The position numbers were made by a program, and so were the translations under genes. DNA of 64,000 nt from Cetorhinus maximus (lineage: Eukaryota), in assembly GCF_964194155.1 (NCBI RefSeq), contig NC_135916.1, positions 1,054,001-1,118,000 of the forward strand. The letters run 5' to 3'. Under the pieces are notes generated by a model that made no database searches, had not been told where the DNA came from, and worked only from the letters and a program-made list of their open reading frames with translations. Within the stretch, counting starts at the first letter, position 1; each line of letters opens with the position of its first letter. Positions 53,858-64,000 of the stretch are shown piece by piece.

Positions 53858-54514
53858 ATGACCGATACTGCAGCCGCCGAAACGGCTCCTCCAGCCGCTC
53901 CCGCCGCCCAGGTCAAGACTCCCAAGAAGAAGAAGAAGGCGGCTCCCCGGAGCAGTGCAGCCGGTCCCAAGCTGGGCGAGCAGATCCTCAAGGTTGTGGC
54001 GGATTGCAGCGATCGCAAGGGGATGTCGCTGCCCGCGATCAAGAAGGCGCTGCGCGGCAAAGGGCTGGATGTGGAGAAACTGGGCTCCCAGATCAAGCAA
54101 AGCATCAAGAGGAATGTGAAGAATGGCTTCCTGGTTCAGGTCAAGGGCACGGGCGCCTCGGGCTCCTTCAAAGTCCCTAAGAACACAACCCCGGGGAAAG
54201 TGGGAAAGAAGGCGAAGGCAGCAGCTGGCAAGAAATCTCCAGTGAAGAAAGCGGCAGCCAAGAAGGTGACAGCAAAGAAAGCAGCGGCCAAAAAAACTCC
54301 AGTCAAGAAAGCAACGGCCAAGAAATCTCCAGTCAAGAAAGCAGCGGCCAAGAAATCCCCAGCGAAGAAAGCAGCGGCCAAGAAAACAGCCAAGAAGGCG
54401 GCAACTCCCAAAAAACCGGTGAAGAAAGCAGCCCCCAAGAAAAAGTCTCCGGCCAAGAAGGTGACGGGCGTCAAAAAAGTGGCGATAGCGAGGGCCAAGC
54501 CCAAAACGAGATAA
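53858..54514 (+). CDS. H1: Linker histone H1 (218 aa)
   Basis: Near-identical to other H1 copies; stem-loop at 54573. Confidence 0.97.
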   Translation: MTDTAAAETAPPAAPAAQVKTPKKKKKAAPRSSAAGPKLGEQILKVVADCSDRKGMSLPAIKKALRGKGLDVEKLGSQIKQSIKRNVKNGFLVQVKGTGASGSFKVPKNTTPGKVGKKAKAAAGKKSPVKKAAAKKVTAKKAAAKKTPVKKATAKKSPVKKAAAKKSPAKKAAAKKTAKKAATPKKPVKKAAPKKKSPAKKVTGVKKVAIARAKPKTR

Positions 54515-54572
54515 GCAAAGACAGAAAAGAAGGGAAACGTCCCGAGCAAATTGTAAACCTCTAAACCCAAAA

Positions 54573-54588
54573 GGCTCTTTTCAGAGCC
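54573..54588 (+). terminator. Histone 3' stem-loop (H1)
   Basis: GGCTCTTTTCAGAGCC. Confidence 0.95.
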
Positions 54589-55174
54589 ACCCACATTTCA
54601 CACGAAAGAGCTGATCCCCTGATCATTTGATCCCTGTCTCCGCGCTGGGAGCTGATTTCAGGTGGAAATGTTTTATTTTCCTGTAAATCCAATATTCCCG
54701 CTGAATCACTGAAATGCGCTTCACCCGCACTTCCACTCCCTCCCCCTACTCCGACACTCATTCCTGCAACAACACACATCGATAACCTTTCCGATTCGTA
54801 TCCGGGGTGTGTCCAAGAGCAGTTAATGTTTATCTTCCTTTCTTTATTCAAATATTCAGGGTGGGAGTCTGCAATAGAGAAACCAGGTGTAAAGGAAACT
54901 CCTCACAGCTGACACCCAAACCCATTATTTTCTCTCATTCGGTTGGGAGATGTTGGCTAAATTCCCAATCACTGTGGGAGCGGAGGTGTGGGTGGGGATG
55001 GAATTGGAGCTGGGGTTGAAATCGAAGCAGAAATTGACTCGTAAGGAAAGTTCATTATTGAGGCGGAAATGAGACGGACAAGACAATGTTTAATAGATTC
55101 GAGTTGCTAATTAGCTGCTTCATCATATTCAAGTGTGTAAGTTCTGTTCAAAGACTCTGTTCACTTCCCTTTAG

Positions 55175-55477
<303 letters not shown>

Positions 55478-55510
55478 ACAAATCGACCCGACTCTATAAC
55501 AAAACCCAAA

Positions 55511-55526
55511 GGCTCTTCTAAGAGCC
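55511..55526 (+). terminator. Histone 3' stem-loop (H4 pseudogene)
   Basis: GGCTCTTCTAAGAGCC. Confidence 0.9.
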
Positions 55527-56755
55527 GCCCACAACCTCACCTTGAGAGCAAGTGACCTCAGAGCGGGAGAGGGAAAGCGATATGTCGTTTTATATAAACA
55601 CAGCGTTTCCATCTGCGCATTTTCCATTAACAATATGATCGTGAGTCACACAAGTTTCATGGTTTAATTTAGTTCGGTTTTCAGGAATTCGTTTCCATGA
55701 TTCCTGCCGAAACTCGATTCAAAGCTTGACTGAGGAACACGACAGCTCCCAAACTAACACCGAGTTCACAAGATAAAGGCCATCATTTATTACACTTTAA
55801 TCAGGAGTAACTATTTTGAGACACATCATTCTCGCTTCTTCGCCCCATTATCACCCTGTCTTTTTTCTTCGCCATCTGTTCCTGGGTCGTTGAGACATGA
55901 CAGGGTGTGGGGGGTACCAGTATACCAGCTTTTAATGGATTAGCCTGTTCCGATGCAGCATGTTGTCTAGTTCCAGGGAGCACTGAACAACTTTATTCTG
56001 GCCTGTACCAGGGCGATCAATGAAATAACCCGAATTTAAACGGGAATGTAAGGCGAATATTGAGAGGCTGATAGAAAAATCTGACTACACTTAATCACCT
56101 CGATTCTGCATCTCAGGACGGACGGAAGGGTGAAGTGGATGATCTGCTTTTGGTGCATGGTTTGGACTGCGAAGATGCATTTACGCACATTGTGGAAGAT
56201 AGTTCAAATATGTAAACTTAGATATTAACTTGATTTACAGAAAGGGTGCGCAATCCGCCCACCCACATCGCCTCCCCCAGCCATAAAACACTAGAAACAA
56301 GAGCCAAGCCATTCTCTCTATAACATCTATAGGGCTTTGACATGAATAAACCGATAAGGTTGATCAGTTTTAAATGTGAGACCCAAAATTCCGCCCATCA
56401 ATAGGAGTTTTATACCAGCCTGCTGTAAACCGATCAGGGAATGAATGAGAATTTAATCCACGTTCAGAAGCCGGAAGTCGGAGCTGGGACCGAAATGGGG
56501 CTCGCAAACATTGAGACCTTGTGATATTTGTCCATTCAGATTGATTTTATCTGCCTTCAAACTAGGTTTATTTTAATGTCAGTTACTCGTCCCTTTGAAA
56601 TTGGCGGGCATTGTGAAATTGATGAACTGTCAGTTTCTGCTCCACCAATCAGGGCCCAGGAATCCATGCAGCCCGCTGCTCTTTTCAAATTTCTGGGCGG
56701 GATTGCGCTGCATCCAATCAGGACAGGAGGGAGGTGACGGACATGTCTTAAATAG

Positions 56756-57223
<468 letters not shown>

Positions 57224-57267
57224 ACTCACCCTACCCGACTCTAGACTTCAACACCGAGAACCACAAA

Positions 57268-57283
57268 GGCTCTTTTAAGAGCT
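57268..57283 (+). terminator. Histone 3' stem-loop (H3), basal G-U variant
   Basis: GGCTCTTTTAAGAGCT. Confidence 0.88.
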
Positions 57284-57689
57284 ACCAAGTCGGTCAGAGA
57301 AAGAGCTGCGATCTCTTGTTAAACACTCCAGCACCTGAAACCCTCAAACCTAAATTTATTTTCTTTCCTTTTGATTACCCAGTTCCCTCCCTCTGCTGCA
57401 TTTGGAATTATGAGGTGCTTCCGTTTATATTTGTTTGTAATTTTACATCATTTAATTGGAAATGGGATGAGTTAATTATTCAAAGAACATTTCCCTGAAC
57501 ATTGGCAGTTGGTCATATATAGATGCAGCACAGACTCCTCATGTCTGGAAAAGGCAACAGCGCCAGCGTCTCGTTGTAAGCAGCGCTTTCACAGATCGCA
57601 TTAGAAATATAATGTCATTCCGAATCGATAGGGATGTTATCGCGCATCCGGATAGACAACAGGTCGCCCCTTTCACTGATTAAGTGAGT

Positions 57690-57705
57690 GGCTCTGAAAA
57701 GAGCC
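57690..57705 (-). terminator. Histone 3' stem-loop (H2A)
   Basis: Reverse complement GGCTCTTTTCAGAGCC. Confidence 0.95.
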
Positions 57706-57735
57706 TTTGGGTTCTCAGTTTAAAGAATGGTCGCT

Positions 57736-58179
<444 letters not shown>

Positions 58180-58184
58180 TCAGT

Positions 58185-58400
58185 TCCCTTATACCCTCAG
58201 GAGGAATGGTGGTGCGCTCAGAGCTGATTGGTTAATTGTAATATTCTTAAGATTATCGTCAAATTTTTCACATTGCCAATCAGATCTCTGCCTGACTCAC
58301 CAATCTGGAGTCGCCACGAAATTGAATTCGGAAAGAAAGAGCGCCAAATCGTCAGTTACTAACCGATTATAAATTTCATATTTGAAACTACCGCCAAATA
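58185..58400 (-). promoter_or_regulatory. H2A promoter (TATA, CCAAT boxes, E2F-like GCGCCAAA); homologs at 38980-39185 and 16555-16765
   Basis: cttata ~58188, ATTGG/CCAAT at 58226, 58276, 58300; gcgccaaa ~58341. Confidence 0.72.
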
Positions 58401-59864
58401 ATAGATCAAATGATAAATCGCACTTAAATCGGAATAGCTAATTCAGTTTTCAGACTAAGAATGTAATATTCACTCAATCTCTCTCTAATTTGTCTGGTCT
58501 GCAGTTTACCTGTATCTGTTAATTTCTGATTGGGAGTGCGGAGTTTCATGTATCTGACATCAAGCGGAAATTCAAGGCCCCAATTTAACAGATTCTAATC
58601 CTTCGTATTATTCAATATTGAAAATCCCGCCAGCACATTTGTAAAACGAGGAGCTAATTTCATGCAGAAAATCGCCGTTACAGTTAACACAGTCAGTTCC
58701 AAACTATTAAAAGTTAGGCCTCCCTTATTGTACTATATCATCTTTAAACGCAAATACCTCACTCGCTTTTAAAACCAGGAATCCATTCGTGTTTAAACTC
58801 GGACCTTTTTGCAGTCCTAACAGCCGGCGGAAATTCACGTTTACCGAGTGCTGCGGTTAAGCAATATCAGACTGGATGTACAAGTGTGATATTATTTTAA
58901 AATATTAAAATTACATTATAATATTGTATCCAGATTGCAGGTTATTAATTCACTCCAATTTGAAGTGGTTCCGAATGAGTATTTATCTTGTTGCACGACT
59001 CGTGTTCGGTCTGCAGATGGAGCCAGGTCACAATAACTTGCACCTTATCGTTTCTGAACACACGTCGAGAAGCAACGGGCCTAATGCTGCTCTTGGAACT
59101 TGCCGAGCTCGCCTCCCGCCCCCCGTTAAAGAGGCAATGGTAGTGGCCAACTCATCGCCCTCCATACTGATCGGAACAAGCTGTTATATTCTGCACTTGC
59201 TGTTTTCTGCATTGGAATAGTGACTTTAGCTCTGAACCTCTCCGTCACTGCAATTCATTTATGCATTTTATTCTATAGCTGTCAGGGCCTGGAAGTGACT
59301 GTGAGGTGGACTTTGCTTCTGCTGCCATCAGCTTTTGACAAGCTGTAAAAATGCCAGATTCATTCCGTGTGTATCAGTCTCTGGTGCTACACACGAAAGG
59401 TGTTACCCTTCAGCACCTGTCAGTTTGTGGTACTGTGTATGACTGCAGGATTAATACTCTAAATTTCAGTTTTGGCTCCCTTGCGGTGTAGAATTCATTT
59501 CATTTCACAATTTCTGTTTAGGATTGAGAAATTGTGTATTTCATTATGTCCTGTCGCTATCCGTGTACTGTGATCGAGTTAATTTTGCACTAAGCAGTAA
59601 TCTTGTATTATAGGTGGATTTAATTGTACCTCTGTGTATCGCTAAGTATCTCTTATGTACTCAAGAGTGGGATTAATTCTATGCCCTGGTGCAATCAGTG
59701 AGAGTGAATTCCATTTGAATCTGTCAATATCTGGAAATTAATGTGTGGTTCAAAGAGATACTGATTGATTCAACATCTTTGAGTGAGCGTTGTTTTGTGT
59801 TCGTCAATCTGTGGCATGTTATGTGACTGTGGGTTTCCTCTGTGTCTTTTTGACTGTTTTTCCT

Positions 59865-59991
59865 NNNNNNNNNNNNNNNNNNNNNNNNNNNNNNNNNNNN
59901 NNNNNNNNNNNNNNNNNNNNNNNNNNNNNNNNNNNNNNNNNNNNNNNNNNNNNNNNNNNNNNNNNNNNNNNNNNNNNNNNNNNNNNNNNNN
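59865..59991. other. Assembly gap (N run)
   Basis: N bases. Confidence 1.
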
Positions 59992-60059
59992 NTCTATCTC
60001 TGCATTTAATTTTCTGCTATTTTGTTTGTGGTTGGATAAATGCTTTGTTTGTCCTAGGT

Positions 60060-60215
60060 GCACCTGTGTTTAAGTATTTGTGTGCGTGTGTTTGTGTATG
60101 TATGTAAGAGATCTTGTGCGCATGTGTGTTTATGTATGTGTGTGTGAGTTTGCTTTGCATGTGTGTCTGTGTGTGTTAGAGCATGACTCTGCGAGTGTGT
60201 GAGTGTTTGTGTGGG
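60060..60215. repeat. Degenerate (TG)n tract
   Basis: Visible. Confidence 0.75.
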
Positions 60216-62614
60216 ATTGTGCAGGACTCATTTCCCGTTTGTCTTCGTCCGGTACAGGATGTAGTTTTGGAATTAATTTACATGAAATTTAAGTGTCAAT
60301 CCTGTGAACGTCACCTATGGTGGAATTAATTCCCTATATCTCAGTGATTGTACCGATCGTGTATCTCAAATTTGTGCTCTGTGTATATTTTTCCTTTATT
60401 GTACATGTGTAGCTTTCTCCTGTACCAAATATGTATCCCATGCATGTGTGTGAAAACTATTTCTTCAATGCGTTAATCTATTACTGTTTCCCGGCTCTGT
60501 TGCAGATTTAGACATGAAACTTTGTATTTAACAAAGACAGGTTTTATTCATTTGTTTTGTTTGAATTAAGGTATAGCATTCAGGCTGCAACTCGGCAAAA
60601 GTCTTTGTGAATGATAATGAGACCCTTGAAATTACATGCTGTGTACCTCATATCTGATTGGTTCAGTTTGTAACGATTTTACGTTATGAATCATAGTGAG
60701 CATATTGACCTGGAACGTGTTGTGTATTCATGCTGTACTAATTAAAATTACACTTTCTCCTTATTTCAGATATGGCATGAGATCTTTTGAGGGGAATTTA
60801 ACGTGCCCCCAGACTCTTGGTCTTTGGTACGGGCTGTTATGTTTTAATTATCAACTTACATGTTTTGATGAATTTTCACGTGTAATTTTACTGTAGTTAT
60901 CAACATCTGATCTCTCTGTACCCAATCTCTTCTTATTTTGAAAAGTCGGTTATGGAAAAATTGATTTTATTCTGCACCTCTCCATCTCTGGTATGTGTCT
61001 GTGGTTTTATAATGTGGGTGTCTGCCCCTGTTACGAGAATCCAGCTTTCTTCTGTATCTGTCAGTCCCCCCTATGAGAGTGGTGATATGTTATTGACTGT
61101 ACTTGTCAATATCGGCTTTATGAGTGCGGCAGCGCCCCGAAGCCGAATTTCACATTGGGAACACATCAATGACCGTCCTGATTGATCACTTTTTAATCGT
61201 TAGCAGTGGCCTCCTTCTGTGCAGGGATTAGTTCTCTGATTTGCATTGACAGGATGGTCAATAAGCATCCAGTGCAACAGGCAGTTATCAAACTATGGTC
61301 AACTGCTTGTAAGGCAGGTATGTTAATCCCTGTCTGACCATCAGACTCTATCCTACGCTACACCATCTGCATATAGGAACACATCACACTATAGAGTTTT
61401 GGACTTTTGAATTTGATTTTGTCAATTCCCCGTTACATCATCTAATTTAAAGTGCTTCTGCTGCGTACGTATGTTGTTGCACGGCTCATCTTCTGTCAGG
61501 AGATGGCAGCAGTTCACTATAACTTGGATCTGGCTCTTTCTGATCAAACATCTAGAAAACAATAGGCCTGATGCTGCTCTTGAACATGGCCAAGCTCACC
61601 TCCGTTAAAAAGACTACGACAGCGGCCAATTACTTCCGCTCCATACAGATCGACACAATGTGTTTTCTTCTGCACTTGATGGTTTTTGCAATGCAATATT
61701 CACCCTAACTGGGTACTTCTCGGTCACTGGATTCACTGATGTGTTTTATGCCATACCTGTTGTTTTCAAGCAAGGGACAGAGATATTGCTCTGTAATTGA
61801 CGGTCTTGGAGTTTCATTTCACAGCATGTGTTGACTGTTGCTGTGTGAGTGCGCTTTTTATTCAATACTTGTCAGATATTTTGACATAAGAGACTGTGTC
61901 TTTTTTGTTACCTGCCAGTTTTTTGATATTGAGTGTAAGTTCTATACAGCCGTGTGCTAATTCAGGTACGTGAATTAGATTCCCTACCAACAGCTCCGCA
62001 CCCACCCCCAAACCCCGCCCCTCCTGTATCTATAGGTCTCCGGGTTGTGTAAAAATGACTTTGCCACGATCTCTGTCAGTTCCTGGTAAATGTGTGCCGG
62101 TGTTAGACTGCCCCTGTGAATTTCTGGTGTGTGAGCATTTATTTTATTATGTAGCAGTTCGTTGCTTGGAAGTGATTGGCGCTTTTCTTTTCTCTCCCCC
62201 TCTATTCGTCAGTCTGTAGCATGAGAATGAGAGTTTTTATTCTGCATCTGCCAATGTCTGACATGTGAGTGTGGGTCTCTCTTGGCATTTGTCAATGTTT
62301 GCAATGTGTGTGGTGTGTGAATGTGAATATTACATTGGGTTATTCAGTGTCAAATCGATCATCGTGTGTTTGAATCAACCTCTCAGTTTCTGACATTTAA
62401 ATGTGAAAATACCTTAAAATTATCAGTTCTTTTGTATGTCAACTACATCCTGTACCTATAAATCTATTGTAAGCCAATCTAAGATTTACTCATTCTCTCA
62501 GTAATGTTATGTGGTTATGTAATCTCTGTTATGACTGAATGGACTTTTCTCGCTATCTGTCAGTTTTCAATGTATGAAAAGCAAATACATGGCAGATGCT
62601 TTAAAACATCGATT

Positions 62615-63115
62615 ATGAACATAAGAACAGAAGAAATAGGAACAGGAGGCGGCCATTTGGCCACTCGAGCCTTCCTCATCATTCAATAAGATAATGGCTG
62701 ATTTCTTTGTGTTTCAATCCCCACATTATCATCTACCCCCATAACCTTTGATTCTCTTGCCTATTAAGAATCTATCTGCCTCTGCCTTAAAAGATCTCAA
62801 TGACCCTGCCTCCACTATCTTCTGAGGCAGAGATTTCCAAAGTCACACAGCCCTCTGAGAGAGAAAAAAATATCCTCACCCATGTCCAAAGAGGGCGATA
62901 TCTAATTTAAAAACAGTGCCCCCTATTTGTGGAAACATCCTCTTGGTATCCACAATTTCAAGGCCACTCAGGATCTTGTATACATCAATCAATCACCCCT
63001 CACTCTTCTGAGACCCAGTGGAAACAAGCACAGTCTGTCCAACCTTTTCTTATAAGACATCACACTCATTACAGGTATCTATCTAGTAAAGCTCCTCTGA
63101 ACCACCTCCAATTAG
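62615..63115 (-). mobile_element. CR1 3' fragment
   Basis: aacataagaacagaagaaataggaacaggag tail reverse complement plus 3' ORF2 remnant. Confidence 0.75.
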
Positions 63116-63915
63116 TGTGAAGTTATCCACATCAGTTGAAAAGGCAGCATGGGAGGGTACTATTTAAGTTGTGATGGATTGGGAAATGTTGAAGTAAAAA
63201 GGGAACTGGGTACCCATGCACACCAATCACTGAGAGCAAGCATGCAGGTGCAGGTAGCACTTAAGAAGGCAAATGATATGTTGGCCTTCATCGTGACATG
63301 GTTAATTGCAGGAGCAAGGATGTCTAACTGCAGCTATACAGGGCCTTGGCAAGACCACTCCTGGAGTATTGTGTGCAGTTCTGGTCTCCTTACCTAAGGG
63401 AGGATATATTTATCATAAGAGGAGTGCAGCGAAGATTCACCAGAGTGATCCCTGGGATGGCAGGATTGTCCTCTGAGGAGAGTTTGGGTCGAGTAGGCCT
63501 GTGTTCACTGGAGTTTAAAAGGATGAGAGGGTGTCTCAATGAAAGGTGTAACATTCTGACAGGGCTGGAATGATTGGGTGCAGGGATGATGTTTCCTCTG
63601 GCTGGGGGTCTAGAACAAGGGGTCACATTCTCAGGATACAGGGTAGATGGTTTAGAACTGAGATGAGGAGAAAGTTCTTCAATCAGAGGGTGGTAAACCT
63701 GTGCAATTCTCTATGATACAAGAGTGTGAAAGCCAAGTCACTGAATATATTTAAGAGCAAAATAGATAGATTTCAAGACTCCAAATGGACAAGGCTATGA
63801 TAACAGTGTGGTTGGATGGTGTTGAGATATAGGGTCAGCCATGATTAAATTGAATGGCAGAGCAGGCTCAACAGGGCAAATGACCTACTCCTGCTCCTAT
63901 TTTCTCTCTTTCCAT
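63116..63915 (+). mobile_element. CR1 3' fragment
   Basis: RPLLEYCVQFWSPYLR...VQRRFTRVIPGM; 3' tail cctactcctgctcctatttt. Confidence 0.88.
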
Positions 63916-64000
63916 GCCTGATATGTGATAATGGATTTCAGCTGTACCAGTTAGTTCATGTTTGGGATGTGTGTATTTTGTTCTGTATTCATATCTCTGT

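Noticed and set aside
59770-60107. ORFs spanning the N run
   Set aside because: Gap artefacts.

Overview
Eukaryotic (vertebrate; repeat content and histone sequences suggest a cartilaginous fish, by inference) replication-dependent histone gene array. The window holds three units plus a rearranged partial unit, each of the form [long TG-rich spacer]-[conserved CpG/NRF1 element]-H1(+)-H4(+)-H3(+)-H2A(-). Histone content: 3 H1, 3 intact H4 plus 1 H4 pseudogene, 3 H3.2-type, 1 intact plus 1 frameshifted H2A, all with 3' stem-loops. I found no H2B. Positions 1 to ~13.7k are duplicated almost perfectly at 40987 to ~55.3k. Interspersed elements are CR1 LINEs, a Penelope-like element with TSD and hammerhead-like pLTR motifs, a SINE/LINE composite and a solo LTR. 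The least explained structures are (i) the multi-kb spacer, which reads as a decayed ~41-bp tandem array with splice-signal-like motifs and lies where H2B would normally be, and (ii) a conserved non-histone promoter/first exon facing that array. All alignments were done by eye; identities are approximate.
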